A stretch of 64,000 bases of DNA from a bacterium (GCA_963681965.1 OY820579.1:3200001-3264000), one strand, 5' to 3'; positions 10,017-21,878 are shown, counted from the first letter of the stretch. Notes: generated by a model from the sequence alone, not told the origin. Numbers and translations are program-made.

Positions 10017-10639
10017 TGAGCAATTCATTCATGACTCAAATCAACAAATCGACACTGAGGATCACGGTTTTCGCGATCGTGATCCTCGGCTTATTTCTTT
10101 CTGGTTGCGGTGGTGGCGCAGTATACTACGCCCCCTACCACCCCGGTGAACATAAAGTCGTGCTGGTCTTGATACCACAGGGTAAAGCCGGCACTGCGAT
10201 CGGACGTGTGCTGGATCGACTGGAAAATCCACCATTCCGGGTAGTCAGTATTGCCGAGGAGGAGTGCGGACTCCGGTCGGAAACAGCAAAACTCTACAAA
10301 CTTCTGGGTCGGGTTTCGCCGGATATCGCTTCGTTTATGGCGAAATCGGTCAATGCTACTCTCGTAGTCTATGAAGATCCTGATACGACACCTCATTCGA
10401 AATCGCAGAAAAATACGTTGGTCGATCCTGCCAATACTCAGACGACCAATTTCAATGATCAATCGAATTCACTACAACCCGATTCGCACAATTATGAGAG
10501 CACCGAGGATTTTCGAATCGCGGTGATGGATGTGCGAACCAATACGATTATCTGGCACGAATCGCTATCGCAAACCCCATCGGAAAGCTCAGTGATGCGC
10601 TTCGTTGAGCGATTGCAAAAAGATGGCGGCGTAAAATAA
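10016..10639 (+). CDS. Hypothetical lipoprotein
   Basis: Hydrophobic signal plus lipobox LSGC; TAATG overlap with the peptidase gene. Confidence 0.6.
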   Translation: MSNSFMTQINKSTLRITVFAIVILGLFLSGCGGGAVYYAPYHPGEHKVVLVLIPQGKAGTAIGRVLDRLENPPFRVVSIAEEECGLRSETAKLYKLLGRVSPDIASFMAKSVNATLVVYEDPDTTPHSKSQKNTLVDPANTQTTNFNDQSNSLQPDSHNYESTEDFRIAVMDVRTNTIIWHESLSQTPSESSVMRFVERLQKDGGVK

Positions 10640-10665
10640 CACTCGATTAATTTCCGATACATTAC

Positions 10666-10700
10666 AATAAAAGGGCAGATTAACTCTGCCCTTTTTATTT
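10666..10700. terminator. Bidirectional terminator between convergent operons
   Basis: A-run-GGGCAGA-loop-TCTGCCC-T-run. Confidence 0.85.
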
Positions 10701-10725
10701 ACTATTTCAATTTCGGATGTTACAA

Positions 10726-11211
10726 CTACGCTTTCCCCGAATGTCCAAAACCACCCGCTCCCCGCTCACTCGACGGTAACTCCGTCACCTGCTCCAATCG
10801 TACATGCACGACCGGTGCAATCACCAACTGCGCAATCCGATCGCCGCGCTGAATGTGGAACGGTTCTTCACCTAAATTCTGCAGAATGACTTGCACTTCT
10901 CCGCGGTAATCAGCATCGATCGTACCCGGAGAATTGGTCACAGTGATCCCGTGTTTCCACGCCAATCCACTCCGAGGACGCACCTGCCCCTCAAACCCTT
11001 CCGGAATCGCAATCGCAATCCCGGTCGGGATCAACATCCGCTTCATCGGGAGCAATACCAATTCCGAATCGATTGCAGCGCGTAAATCGCAACCTGCCGA
11101 AAATTCTGTTGCTGGTTGCGGTAGTGGTAAATCATCGAAACCAGCGCGAACTCTGGTCACCAGAATTGTCAATGTATCGCTCACAGTGATCTCACTTGCT
11201 GTTTTTTCCAT
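10726..11211 (-). CDS. dut: dUTP diphosphatase
   Basis: [27 protein letters not shown] and [10 protein letters not shown] motifs. Confidence 0.97.
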   Translation of the reverse strand: MEKTASEITVSDTLTILVTRVRAGFDDLPLPQPATEFSAGCDLRAAIDSELVLLPMKRMLIPTGIAIAIPEGFEGQVRPRSGLAWKHGITVTNSPGTIDADYRGEVQVILQNLGEEPFHIQRGDRIAQLVIAPVVHVRLEQVTELPSSERGAGGFGHSGKA

Positions 11212-12457
11212 TTTCGGGAATTAGCTGCATTTCGGTAAAGACCATATCGCCCCAGATATCGGTGGCACATGCCATGACATCGTCGGTCGTCACCGTATCG
11301 ATCTTCTTCTCAACTTCTTCGATCGACAGATAATGCTCTTCATTCAACTCCATCCGGGCAATCCGCGACATGCGGCTGGAAGACGCTTCCAAGGCGAGGA
11401 TGATGTTACCCTTCAATTGCGTCTTGGCACGAACTAACTCGGCTTTGGAGAGCGGTTTATGCACGACTTTATCGAGTTGCGCCAACACCAGATCGCGCGC
11501 AATATCAAGTTTCTTCGGTTGAGTACCGAGATATACTCCGAATGCACCGGTATCGCGGTAGCTGTCGAAAAACGAATAGACCGAATAAGCGATTCCGCGC
11601 CGTTCCCGGATTTCTTGAAACAGTCGGGATGACATTCCGGAACCTAGAACGGTATTCAGTACTAATAAATGCAGTTTCTGCGGTTCACTGTAGCCATAAG
11701 CTCGGCACCCGAGAACTAAATGGGCATTTTCGCTCGGATACGGTTTCTTAAGCTGTTTATTCGTCGCTGATCGGCGGGTTTTCGGATTCCGTGCAATCGG
11801 CTTTGCCGGATTCGACAATCGCATTCCCGCTTCAATCAAATTGCAGAAGTTGTTGTGGTCCAGTGCCCCGGCTGCTGCGACAACAATCCGTTTCGGGTGG
11901 TAATGCGCTTTGACGAATTTCACCAATTCTTTGCGATGAATCCGATTCAACGAATCGAATGTGCCGAGAATCGATCGACCGAGCGAGTGACCTGGAAACA
12001 ACTGCTCCTGCCATAACTCGAAAATCAAATCGTCCGGTGTTTCCTGTACACCGCGCAACTCATCGGCGATCACATCGCGTTCTTTCTCCAATTCCTTTTC
12101 CGGAAAAGTGGAATTCACGATGATATCGCTTAAAACATCGACTGCCGTTTCCAATTCGCTTGCCAGCACCGTGGCATGGAATCCCGTCAGTTCTCTACCG
12201 GTAAAGGCGTTGAGATTCCCACCGGATGCTTCGATCTCTTTACTGATCTGAAGCGGATTCCGACGGGTTGTCCCTTTGAATGCCATGTGTTCGATGAAAT
12301 GCGCAATCCCGGCTAGTTCCTCCGGTTCATCGCGCGAACCAACTTCGACAAAAATACCGACAGAAACGGAACGGGCTTCCGGCATCTCTTCCGAGATAAC
12401 CCGAAGCCCATTCTTTAACACGGTACGATGGAAATGGTCGGTATGATTTACCGCCAC
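11192..12457 (-). CDS. M16 (pitrilysin-family) peptidase
   Basis: HFIEH inverted zinc motif, [14 protein letters not shown]; usual position after pnp. Confidence 0.93.
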   Translation of the reverse strand: MAVNHTDHFHRTVLKNGLRVISEEMPEARSVSVGIFVEVGSRDEPEELAGIAHFIEHMAFKGTTRRNPLQISKEIEASGGNLNAFTGRELTGFHATVLASELETAVDVLSDIIVNSTFPEKELEKERDVIADELRGVQETPDDLIFELWQEQLFPGHSLGRSILGTFDSLNRIHRKELVKFVKAHYHPKRIVVAAAGALDHNNFCNLIEAGMRLSNPAKPIARNPKTRRSATNKQLKKPYPSENAHLVLGCRAYGYSEPQKLHLLVLNTVLGSGMSSRLFQEIRERRGIAYSVYSFFDSYRDTGAFGVYLGTQPKKLDIARDLVLAQLDKVVHKPLSKAELVRAKTQLKGNIILALEASSSRMSRIARMELNEEHYLSIEEVEKKIDTVTTDDVMACATDIWGDMVFTEMQLIPENGKNSK

Positions 12458-12475
12458 TCGACCTCCCTATTTCGG

Positions 12476-14656
12476 TTATCGACGATCGCGATGACCGCCG
12501 CCACCACTGCGTCCGCCACTATGCGGTCCCGAACTGCGAGTCTTGCCCATCTGCGGTTTCGTGCCGCCGATGACGCCGTTCGAATCCGGTAACAACGCTT
12601 TACGCGACAGATCCATCTTGCCCATCGAATCGACTGCCAACAGTTTCACTTCAAGAATTTCGCCGACTTTAAACAGATCGTCGACTTTATTCACGCGTTC
12701 GTGTGCGATATTGCTGATGTGCATCAATCCTTCGCGTCCGGGAAGAATTTCGACAAATGCACCGAAATCGACGATGCGCGTGATCTTGCCGCGATAGACT
12801 TTACCGACTTCCGGTTCCATCATCAAACCGACGACGAATTCGTATGCATCGCGTACACCTTCGATTTCAAGACCGCTGATTACAACGGTACCGTCATCGT
12901 CGATATCCACCGTGCAGTTCGTACGGCGTTGCAGATCGCGGATATTCTTGCCGCCGGGACCAATCAACATGCCGATCTTTTCTTGTTCGATCTTCACATG
13001 AACGATCTTCGGTGCAAAGTCGGACAATTTCTCGGATGGCTTCGGCAATGCCGTTTCCATCAATCCGAGAATATGCGCTCTGCCGTCACGGGCTTGATGC
13101 AAGGCTTTTCGCATCAGATCGATCGAGATACCCTGAATTTTGATATCCATCTGGAATGCAGTGATTCCGTCACGGGTACCGGCAACTTTGAAGTCCATAT
13201 CGCCCAACGCGTCTTCGTCACCCAGAATATCGGACAAAATCGCGGCTTGTTCGCCTTCCTTCACCAATCCCATCGCAATACCGGCAACGGGTCGCTGTAG
13301 CGGTACACCGGCATCCATCAACGAAAGCGATGCAGCACAAACGGTCGCCATCGACGACGAGCCATTCGATTCCATCACTTCACTAACGACGCGAATGGTA
13401 TACGGGAATGTTTCCCAAGACGGCAATACCGGTTTGATCGATCGTTCCGCCAAATTGCCGTGACCGATTTCGCGGCGCGAAGTCGACATCACGCGTTTCG
13501 TTTCACCAGTCGAAAACGGTGGGAAGTTGTAATGGAGCATGAATTCCTTGGTGAAATTCCCTTCCAATGCATCGATCTTCTGTTCGTCGTATTTCGAACC
13601 GAGCGTACAAACACCCAGCGCCTGCGTCTGACCGCGGGTAAACAACGCCGAACCGTGCGGACGCGGCAACACCCGGGTTTCAATCGAAATGGGGCGAATC
13701 GTGGTGGTGTTGCGACCGTCGAGACGTGTGTTCGTCTCAAGAACCATCCGGCGCATTTCCACTTTCAGTTTCTTTTCCAGTACTTCGGCAACATATTTTT
13801 CTTTATCGGCATGTTCTTCGCCGAGACCCGCTACCGCTTTCGCAATCGCAGTTTTGCGGATATTGTTGCGTTCCTGCTTGTCGGCGATATGTGCCGCTGC
13901 CAGCATATCTTCGCCGGCGAGTTCGACAATCTTCGCTTCCAATTCGGCATCGCTGAAATTCAATACAAATTCACGCGTCGGCTTACGCAATTCGGCGATG
14001 AATTCTTCTTGCAGCGTACAAACTTCTTTGATCGCATCGTGACCGAAAGTAATCGCGCCCAACAGTGTTTCTTCGTCGATTTCTTTCGATTCGCCTTCAA
14101 CCATCGCAATCGAATCTTTCGTACCGGCAACCACCAGTTCGATATCCGAAAGCTCAAGCTGCTGATAAGTCGGATTCAACACATACTGTCCTTCGACACG
14201 ACCAACCTTGACACTCGCGACAGGACCGGCAAACGGAATATCGCTGATATTCAATGCCAAACTAGCGCCGATCGTACCTAACGTATCGGCGTCATTCTCG
14301 CCATCGTGCGAGAGCACCAGTGCATGAACTTGTGTTTCGTACCAATACCCTTTCGGAAACATCGGGCGGATTGGTCGATCGATCAATCGTGCCGACAGCA
14401 CTTCCTTTTCCGATGGGCGCGCTTCACGCTTGAAGAAGCCTCCCGGTACCTTTCCCGCGGCATACGATTTTTCCTTATACTCAACACTAAGCGGGAAAAA
14501 ATCGGAGTTCTCGTTGCGGCTGCGATTACTGACTACCGCGACCAAAACTACCGTATCGCCATACTGCACTAACGCTGATCCATCGGCTTGTTTTGCGATG
14601 CGACCTGTTTCCAGCGTCAATGTCCGACCACCCAACTGGATGGACTTTCTAACCAT
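12476..14656 (-). CDS. pnp: Polyribonucleotide nucleotidyltransferase
   Basis: Two RNase PH domains (SNGSSSMA, GDMDFKVAG) plus KH and S1. Confidence 0.99.
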   Translation of the reverse strand: MVRKSIQLGGRTLTLETGRIAKQADGSALVQYGDTVVLVAVVSNRSRNENSDFFPLSVEYKEKSYAAGKVPGGFFKREARPSEKEVLSARLIDRPIRPMFPKGYWYETQVHALVLSHDGENDADTLGTIGASLALNISDIPFAGPVASVKVGRVEGQYVLNPTYQQLELSDIELVVAGTKDSIAMVEGESKEIDEETLLGAITFGHDAIKEVCTLQEEFIAELRKPTREFVLNFSDAELEAKIVELAGEDMLAAAHIADKQERNNIRKTAIAKAVAGLGEEHADKEKYVAEVLEKKLKVEMRRMVLETNTRLDGRNTTTIRPISIETRVLPRPHGSALFTRGQTQALGVCTLGSKYDEQKIDALEGNFTKEFMLHYNFPPFSTGETKRVMSTSRREIGHGNLAERSIKPVLPSWETFPYTIRVVSEVMESNGSSSMATVCAASLSLMDAGVPLQRPVAGIAMGLVKEGEQAAILSDILGDEDALGDMDFKVAGTRDGITAFQMDIKIQGISIDLMRKALHQARDGRAHILGLMETALPKPSEKLSDFAPKIVHVKIEQEKIGMLIGPGGKNIRDLQRRTNCTVDIDDDGTVVISGLEIEGVRDAYEFVVGLMMEPEVGKVYRGKITRIVDFGAFVEILPGREGLMHISNIAHERVNKVDDLFKVGEILEVKLLAVDSMGKMDLSRKALLPDSNGVIGGTKPQMGKTRSSGPHSGGRSGGGGHRDRR

Positions 14657-14788
14657 TCGTATCTCCCTCTCTTTCCGATTGACTCGGAAATGGACGCCCG
14701 ATCCAATTCATTTTTTCGCTCCGGATGGGCACTATTCGCGTTTCTGCAATTATGTTGCCACAACTGCATAACGATCGATCGTCGTTGT

Positions 14789-15055
14789 TTAACGACGAAT
14801 ATTCAATTTCGCGATTAACTCGCGATAGCCTTCGACATTCTTCGACTTGATATAATCGAGTAACCGACGGCGTTTTCCAACCATCAACAACAGACCGCGT
14901 CGACCGTGATGATCTTTTACATGCAATTTAAAATGGTCGGTTAACGCATTAATGCGTTGCGTTAACAATGCGACCTGAACTTCAGGAGAACCGGTGTCAC
15001 CGGCTTTCTTGCCAAAGGTTTCGACGATCTTTGTGCGATCTTCCTTCGATACCAT
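14789..15055 (-). CDS. rpsO: 30S ribosomal protein S15
   Basis: [22 protein letters not shown]. Confidence 0.99.
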   Translation of the reverse strand: MVSKEDRTKIVETFGKKAGDTGSPEVQVALLTQRINALTDHFKLHVKDHHGRRGLLLMVGKRRRLLDYIKSKNVEGYRELIAKLNIRR

Positions 15056-15074
15056 TTCTATCCTCTCGTTGCTG

Positions 15075-16016
15075 CTATACTGATTGATTACTAAAAAATT
15101 GTCTCGTCTTGTCGATATCGCTATGCATGCGAGCGATCAATTCATCGACAGAGCCGAAAGTTAGTTGGGGACGCAAGTACTGATGTAGATCGAGTTGAAT
15201 TCGTCTACCGTACAAATCGCCGGAAAAATCCAAAATGTGCGCTTCCACCGCGCGCGATAAATTGCCGAATGTCGGTCTGGTTCCGATCGACAACACTGTC
15301 GGCTGACCCGTCACGCCTTCGGTAGTAGTTGATGCAAAATATACACCGTCGTTCGGAATCAACTTGTCCGGTGGTTCCACCAGAACATTGGCTGTCGGAA
15401 CGCCTAAAGTCCGACCGCGCTGATCCCCAGCAACAACCAAACCACTCAAGTGATACGGTCGACCTAACAACGAATTCGCTTTCGCAAAATCGCCTTCGGT
15501 TAACAAGGATCGAATCCAAGTCGACGAAGCGATCTTCCCTTCGAACAATGTTGGTTCCACCCAATCCATTGCAATGTCCAAATTGCGAGCAATTTCCGGT
15601 AATGTATCCCGATTACCGGATCGTTTATAACCGAATGCATGATTCGGTCCCAACAGATAATCTTTGATGCCGAATTGATCGGTCAACGCCCGCAAGAACT
15701 GTTCGCCGGTTAGGAGGGACAATTCCCGCGTGAACCGACACACAATGGTCACATCAATCTGCAGATCGCCGATCAAACCCAATCGATCGGGAAGTCCGGT
15801 CAACAATTTTACAGGATTGGCAAATTGCCCTAAAACCGTCTGCGGATGTGGATCGAAGGTAATGACGATCGACTGCTTGTTGAATTTCTTTGCGCGTTCG
15901 ACCAACGAAAGAAGCAAAGAGCGATGTCCGATATGGACACCGTCAAACACGCCAATCGTTGCTATCGAATTACCCAGAGTTTCATTGGAACTACCGGGAA
16001 ATGCCAAAACTCTCAT
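15075..16016 (-). CDS. ribF: Riboflavin kinase / FAD synthetase
   Basis: [26 protein letters not shown] and EAHILDF motifs. Confidence 0.97.
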   Translation of the reverse strand: MRVLAFPGSSNETLGNSIATIGVFDGVHIGHRSLLLSLVERAKKFNKQSIVITFDPHPQTVLGQFANPVKLLTGLPDRLGLIGDLQIDVTIVCRFTRELSLLTGEQFLRALTDQFGIKDYLLGPNHAFGYKRSGNRDTLPEIARNLDIAMDWVEPTLFEGKIASSTWIRSLLTEGDFAKANSLLGRPYHLSGLVVAGDQRGRTLGVPTANVLVEPPDKLIPNDGVYFASTTTEGVTGQPTVLSIGTRPTFGNLSRAVEAHILDFSGDLYGRRIQLDLHQYLRPQLTFGSVDELIARMHSDIDKTRQFFSNQSV

Positions 16017-16744
16017 TCACTCAGACTCGATTGATCGGACCATCGTCGTATTACAAAATTTTGTTCCGCTTCGGATGCTAATCGATTGCGAATTTCCTGA
16101 GGCGCGATTGCCTGATTGACACTGACCTCGCCGATACTTTCCCGTCGAAGTTGCCACAGACAAGCTGCCGATCCTACCGCTTTACCGAGATCGTACGCCA
16201 GCGACCGAATATAAGTGCCCTTCGAACAACGAACTCGCAACGTCAAATCGGGTTCCGACCACGATAAAATGGACAACTCATGGAACGTAACCGCTCGAGC
16301 TGCCAATTCGATCGTCTGACCTTTTCGCGCAACATCGCAAGCTTTTCGACCACCAACTTTCAGTGCCGAAAACTGCGGTGGTACTTGCATCTGTTCGCCG
16401 ATAAAGCTTCGAACTGCCGTTTCAACGATCGTTTGTTCCGGTATGGGACCCTCGCCGATCGTCGTGCCAGTGCGATCGTACGTATCGGTAGCTAATCCAA
16501 ATCGAATCACGGCGTGATAAGTCTTATCGCAACCGCTCCATTCGTCGATCGTCTTCGTCGCCGATCGTCCCACAGCCACAATCAGCAATCCCGTTGCGAA
16601 CGGATCGAGCGTACCGGCATGACCGATTTTTTTTACCCCGAGTGCTTTGCGTAAATAAGCAACCACATCGAAGCTCGTCCAATCTTCCGGTTTATCGATC
16701 GCTAATAATAAATTATCCACGATCGATATTGTCGCGCTCGGCAT
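16013..16744 (-). CDS. truB: tRNA pseudouridine(55) synthase
   Basis: GHAGTLDPFATG, CSKGTYIRSL; the start may instead be GTG 16720. Confidence 0.97.
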   Translation of the reverse strand: MPSATISIVDNLLLAIDKPEDWTSFDVVAYLRKALGVKKIGHAGTLDPFATGLLIVAVGRSATKTIDEWSGCDKTYHAVIRFGLATDTYDRTGTTIGEGPIPEQTIVETAVRSFIGEQMQVPPQFSALKVGGRKACDVARKGQTIELAARAVTFHELSILSWSEPDLTLRVRCSKGTYIRSLAYDLGKAVGSAACLWQLRRESIGEVSVNQAIAPQEIRNRLASEAEQNFVIRRWSDQSSLSE

Positions 16745-17090
16745 TGATTTTATCGATTAACTCTTCAATTCGGGCTGCTCGCTCGCCGCTCGGATCGTAT
16801 TCAAAGATCAATTCGGGTACCGATCGAATCGTCAGACCCTTTGCCACCGCATGCCGGAAAAAACCGGTATGGCGTACTAAATATTGTTTGTTAAACAGGA
16901 CATCGCCCGGAGTACCAAACACACTGTAATATACTTTAGCGGTTTTCAGGTCGCGGGTTACACTGACGGATGAGATGGAAACCATCCCATGCAACTTCGA
17001 TCGATGATCGCGTTCCAGTGTTTCCGCTACGATTCGCGATATTTCACCCGCGATTCGTGCCTGTCTGACCGATCCTTCTTTTAACGGCAT
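16713..17090 (-). CDS. rbfA: Ribosome-binding factor A
   Basis: VTRDLKTAKVYYS, RSVPELIFEYD; operon context. Confidence 0.93.
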   Translation of the reverse strand: MPLKEGSVRQARIAGEISRIVAETLERDHRSKLHGMVSISSVSVTRDLKTAKVYYSVFGTPGDVLFNKQYLVRHTGFFRHAVAKGLTIRSVPELIFEYDPSGERAARIEELIDKINAERDNIDRG

Positions 17091-17097
17091 TTATTCC

Positions 17098-17391
17098 TTA
17101 CCGCCACTGCTTTTCAGCCGAAACAACAACCACGTCGTCGCGATTGTTAATAATTCTCAACATTTCGTTCCAAGCGTTCTCGATATATCCCGCTTCGTTC
17201 GCAACCAAAACAGCAACAATCGTTGCCGTTTGCCAGGTATCGATACCGCCGGTTTCCGCTACGGATGCACCGGTCGATACTCTGATCCGTTCTTTGATCG
17301 AATTGATCGCCGAACGTTTGTCTTTCAATGATCGCGAAGACGGCAAATGCAAATCGAACTTTGCCCAACCGAGATAACCTTCTGAACTCAT
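17098..17391 (-). CDS. DUF503 (YlxP-like) protein
   Basis: SLKDKRS...SVAE..DTWQ; conserved position between infB and rbfA. Confidence 0.85.
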   Translation of the reverse strand: MSSEGYLGWAKFDLHLPSSRSLKDKRSAINSIKERIRVSTGASVAETGGIDTWQTATIVAVLVANEAGYIENAWNEMLRIINNRDDVVVVSAEKQWR

Positions 17392-17419
17392 TTTGTACGG
17401 ATCGATCCGCCTCAATTGG

Positions 17420-20400
17420 TTACATGACTAATTGTTCGGACAGCTTTCTCGCCTCGGCAACGGTATCGAATGCTTCGATCAGATCGCCGACTTTAATATC
17501 GTGGAAGCCATCGAGTACGATACCGCACTCAAATCCTTCCTTCACTTCGCGGACGGAATCCTTGAAGCGTTGGAGACTATTCAGCGAACCAGCCCACACT
17601 TCCACACCGTCGCGAAGCAAGCGAACTTTCGAAGACCGGGTAATTGTTCCGTTCTGAACGAAGCAACCGGCAATCGTGCCCACGCGCGAAATCTTGAAAG
17701 TCTCGCGAACCAGTACTGTGGCTCGGACAACTTCCTTGTAATCCGGTCGCAACATTCCTTCGAGTGCCGCTCGCACATCGTCGACGACATTGTAAATCAC
17801 TTTGTACAGTCGAATATCGATTTTCTCGCGTGCTGCGAGTTCCCGGGCATTCGGATTCGGGTGAACGTGGAAACCAATCACGATTGCGCGCGATGCGGCT
17901 GCCAGCAAGACATCCGATTCGGTAATTGCACCGACCGACTTGTGAATCACATTCACTTTCAATTCGGTTCCGGAGAGCTTCATCAAGGAATCGGCTAACA
18001 CTTCCACCGATCCGTCGGCATCGCCCTTGATCACGATATTCAATTCTTTGAAACCACTGCCAGCCGCCTGCTGCTTACTGAATTGTTCCAGTGTCATCAA
18101 GCGAACTTGTTTATACTGCTGTTCACGCTGTTGTTGCGTTCGACGATTGGCAACTTCTTTGGCTTCCCGTTCGGTACCGTATACCAGGAAGCGATCGCCT
18201 GCCTGCGGAATACCTGTGAAACCGACGACTTGAACCGGTTGACCGGGGAAACACTCGTCACGTCGATCGCCAACTTCATTCAACAACATCCGGATTTTTC
18301 CGAAATGCTGACCGGCAACAAATGCGTCGCCAACTCTTAGTGTACCGCGTTGGATCAACACCGTCGCCATCGTACCACGCCCCTTATCGAGTCGCGATTC
18401 CAAAACGACACCACGTGCTGGTCCTTCAAACACGGCTTTGATTTCGGCGATTTCGGCGGCAATCAGAATTTCATCGAGTAACTTCTCAATGAATAATCCC
18501 TTTTTCGCGGAAATTTCTGCACTTTGGTGTTTTCCGCCCCACTCTTCAATCAAGATCCCGCGATCGGCTAATTGTCGCTTAATCGTTTCCGGTGCCGCAT
18601 TCGGTTTGTCAATCTTGTTGATCGCGATGACGATCGGAACGTTCGCTGCGCGTGCGTGGTCGATTGCTTCCAACGTCTGAGGCATTACCTGATCGTCGGC
18701 AGCAACCACCAACACCACGATGTCGGTAATCTGCGCACCGCGGGCACGCATTGCGGTAAACGCTTCGTGACCGGGGGTATCGAGAAAAGTAATTCGTTGA
18801 TCGCGAATATTGACTTCGTAGGCGCCGATATGCTGCGTAATACCGCCATGTTCGCCACCGGCGACATTGGTTTTGCGCAGATAATCGAGCAACGTCGTTT
18901 TACCGTGATCGACGTGACCCATCACCGTAACGACTGGTTGACGTGGAAGAAGTTCGCCTTCTACATCTTCGACCTCTTCCTCTTCATCGTCGTCATCGGA
19001 AACAAATTCAACTTCGGTGCCATACTCGGCAGCTAACAACACCAGCGTGTCTTTGTCGAGACGTTGATTCAAAGTAACCAGCATGCCCATGCCGATACAC
19101 TTTTTGATCAATTCCGATGGTTCGATTTCAAGTAAATTCGCCAATTCGGCGGTAGTCACAAATTCGGTGATGCGGAGAACGTTCGTTTCAATTTCGACAC
19201 CGTCGTCGCGGACGATTCGTTTGCGTCGTTTCTTGACACGACGCCCTTCAGAAATCGCTGCAAGAGTCTGGCGTAATTGCGATTCAACTGCTTGTACGTC
19301 GACGCGCTTCGGCTTCGGACGACGACCTTTCGCCATTTCCGGTAACGCTGCCGGAACCACTCGTTCCTTCAACGCCTTCGATTTTACCCGGACAATTTCA
19401 TCGGCTTCGGCTTTGGTCAACTTGCTAAGGCGTTTCCACTTCTTCTCGCCTTCATCGGTCTTCTTCTCTTTATCGGCTGTAGTAGTTGTTTCTTTGTTCG
19501 CAGCCGGTTCAGCGATCTTAGGACCTTTGTGATTAGCTGGAATTGCCGACGGGGTCTGCTTTGGTTTGTCTTTATCGCGTTCCCGTTCCCGTTCGCGCTC
19601 TTTCTCTTTATTGACTTTGCCTTTGACCAGACTAGTCGGTGGCGCTTCCGGTTTACGTTGCCTTTTTTTCTCGCCGAACGAAACAATCTTCAAGCCTTTA
19701 TATTCCGGTAAAGGAATATGCTCTTTTACTTTCTCGCGCGGTTCCCGATTCTGTTCGGGTTCAACCGCTTTTACCGGTTCACGTTGTTCGGTAGGTCGTG
19801 CATTATCTCTGGGTCTACCACCTTCTCGGGGTCGATCATCGCGAGGACGATCATCACGCGGACGATCACCACGTGGACGCTCCTTCTGCGCAGCAGGAGC
19901 TGCTGCTTTAGGTGCTTCCGCTACGGGCGTTTCAACGCGAACCTTGACAGGTATTACTTCAGCAGGTATTTCAGTATCAACCGAAACTTGAACCGGAGAA
20001 ATCTCTGATTCAACCGGTTTTACCGTCTCAACTGATACTACTGCTTCAGCCGGGTGTTCTTCAATCGATACTTGCGGTACCGGTGTCACCTCAACCGGTG
20101 CTACGTCGGAAATTGGTAGTTCGGATTTGGGAGGGGTCATTTCTTCGGGAACTTCGACCGGTTCCAGTACCGGAGATTCCACCACTGGAATCGTTGACTG
20201 AACTGAAGTGTCGGGTTCCAATTGCGATTCGATCGATTCAAGTGGAGAGAGATCTTCATGGATTGACTGCTTTAACGTCTTCTCCCGAAGTTCCATTTCC
20301 TCGCGACGTTTTTGCTCGACTTCGAGATGCTTGCGGTTTTCTTCCATCCGATGGATTTCTTCCTGCATTCGAAGCCAGCGCGAACGATCGAATTCCTGTA

Positions 20401-20566
20401 GACAGGCTAAATAAAACTCTTCCGGCATTTTCCACGTTAGCATTGCCTGCGGTGGTTTCTTCGGAACGTTAAAATTCGCTTTCTGCAAGAACTCTAGAAT
20501 GTCCTTGTGCGTACGATGGAGTTCAGCCGAAACATCACTCAACTTGTACGATTTCTCTGCGTCCAA
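17420..20566 (-). CDS. infB: Translation initiation factor IF-2
   Basis: GHVDHGKTT, DTPGH, NKID; long low-complexity N-terminus. Confidence 0.99.
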   Translation of the reverse strand: MDAEKSYKLSDVSAELHRTHKDILEFLQKANFNVPKKPPQAMLTWKMPEEFYLACLQEFDRSRWLRMQEEIHRMEENRKHLEVEQKRREEMELREKTLKQSIHEDLSPLESIESQLEPDTSVQSTIPVVESPVLEPVEVPEEMTPPKSELPISDVAPVEVTPVPQVSIEEHPAEAVVSVETVKPVESEISPVQVSVDTEIPAEVIPVKVRVETPVAEAPKAAAPAAQKERPRGDRPRDDRPRDDRPREGGRPRDNARPTEQREPVKAVEPEQNREPREKVKEHIPLPEYKGLKIVSFGEKKRQRKPEAPPTSLVKGKVNKEKERERERERDKDKPKQTPSAIPANHKGPKIAEPAANKETTTTADKEKKTDEGEKKWKRLSKLTKAEADEIVRVKSKALKERVVPAALPEMAKGRRPKPKRVDVQAVESQLRQTLAAISEGRRVKKRRKRIVRDDGVEIETNVLRITEFVTTAELANLLEIEPSELIKKCIGMGMLVTLNQRLDKDTLVLLAAEYGTEVEFVSDDDDEEEEVEDVEGELLPRQPVVTVMGHVDHGKTTLLDYLRKTNVAGGEHGGITQHIGAYEVNIRDQRITFLDTPGHEAFTAMRARGAQITDIVVLVVAADDQVMPQTLEAIDHARAANVPIVIAINKIDKPNAAPETIKRQLADRGILIEEWGGKHQSAEISAKKGLFIEKLLDEILIAAEIAEIKAVFEGPARGVVLESRLDKGRGTMATVLIQRGTLRVGDAFVAGQHFGKIRMLLNEVGDRRDECFPGQPVQVVGFTGIPQAGDRFLVYGTEREAKEVANRRTQQQREQQYKQVRLMTLEQFSKQQAAGSGFKELNIVIKGDADGSVEVLADSLMKLSGTELKVNVIHKSVGAITESDVLLAAASRAIVIGFHVHPNPNARELAAREKIDIRLYKVIYNVVDDVRAALEGMLRPDYKEVVRATVLVRETFKISRVGTIAGCFVQNGTITRSSKVRLLRDGVEVWAGSLNSLQRFKDSVREVKEGFECGIVLDGFHDIKVGDLIEAFDTVAEARKLSEQLVM

Positions 20567-20573
20567 ACCTACC

Positions 20574-21878
20574 TCACCCTTCGCGTGACGGTTGGTCGAA
20601 ATATACGACCAAATCTCTGATCAACGACTTCAGTGCTTCTTCATCCAACTTCAACATATCTTGCAATTGTTCCGGGTTTGAATCGAATAGACCCAACACC
20701 GCTTCAGCAGTTGCAATATTATTTTCCTGCAATCTTGCAACGATCCCTTCGGAGAGTCCAAAGACCTCACTGAGCGGCAATTCCTCGGCATAGTATGCCG
20801 ATTGTTTGATCGGTCGAATCATAAAATTCGGACCGACGATCTGCGAAGCCAATAAAATATTCTGATGACGACGTCCAATTGCCAATGCAATTTGATCGTC
20901 GGGTATTACTGCGACCGCGCCGGTGCCATTCGGATCGAATAAAATTTCTACCGGAGTGACCGGATTCATCGCACGTCGAATTAGTAATTCGCGGTCGTTC
21001 GTCCAAGCGATCACATCGATCTTTTCGCCATTCAATTCGCGTTGAATTGCTTGGATGCGAACGCCTTTCATACCGACACAAGCGCCGACTGGATCGATCC
21101 GTTTGTCGTTCGACTCGACGGCGATCTTCGTACGCTCGCCGGCATCGCGACTGACGGCATGAATCTCTATGATGTTATCCTGAATTTCCGGTACTTCCAG
21201 TTCAAACAGCCTGCGAACCAACAATTTGTCTTTGCGACTGACAATAATTTCCGGGTCTTTGTTGGTGCGTCGTACTTCCAGGATCACCGCTTTTACCGAA
21301 TCGCCGCGACGATATTTTTCGGTGCGAACCTGTTCGGATCGGGGAAAGAACAACTCAGCCTTTTCCACTGCGATACGAATGCCGTCGGGGTGAACTTGCC
21401 GGACTTCGCCGATGATGATTTCGCCAATTCGCTTTTCATAGGTTGCAAACAGGTTTTCCTGTTCCTGACCGCGAATCTTCTGAATCAACATCTGTCGCGT
21501 CGACTGAATTAATCGTCGTCCGAATTTCCGATAGTCAACGAAATCGACATAACTGCCACCGACTTCCCAATCGTTCTCGTCAAAATCGAAACCGTCGCGT
21601 TCGGCAATCAGCTTTTGTGCGCTGCGTGCCTTACTCACTTCGATTTCGAGTTCAGGGATTACCACCTTGCCATCCTCGACGATCGTCTTCTCGACATAAA
21701 TTTCGATGTCGCCCTTGTCGAAGTTGAAGACCACTTGGAACGGATCGCCCGATTCCAATTTGTACATCTTCTTCAACGCGGTTTTAAAGACGTCCTCCAA
21801 AATTGTCTGCAAGCGGTCGCGCTCCAGCGATTTCTCGCGGAGGATTCCCGAGATCGCTTCTACAATTTCGGTATTCAT
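20574..21878 (-). CDS. nusA: Transcription factor NusA
   Basis: LFELEVPEI, DPVGACVG, ELNGEKIDVI, ALAIGRR. Confidence 0.97.
   Translation of the reverse strand: MNTEIVEAISGILREKSLERDRLQTILEDVFKTALKKMYKLESGDPFQVVFNFDKGDIEIYVEKTIVEDGKVVIPELEIEVSKARSAQKLIAERDGFDFDENDWEVGGSYVDFVDYRKFGRRLIQSTRQMLIQKIRGQEQENLFATYEKRIGEIIIGEVRQVHPDGIRIAVEKAELFFPRSEQVRTEKYRRGDSVKAVILEVRRTNKDPEIIVSRKDKLLVRRLFELEVPEIQDNIIEIHAVSRDAGERTKIAVESNDKRIDPVGACVGMKGVRIQAIQRELNGEKIDVIAWTNDRELLIRRAMNPVTPVEILFDPNGTGAVAVIPDDQIALAIGRRHQNILLASQIVGPNFMIRPIKQSAYYAEELPLSEVFGLSEGIVARLQENNIATAEAVLGLFDSNPEQLQDMLKLDEEALKSLIRDLVVYFDQPSREG

Noticed and set aside
19800-19885. RPRDD tandem repeat in infB
   Set aside because: Ordinary low-complexity IF-2 N-terminal linker
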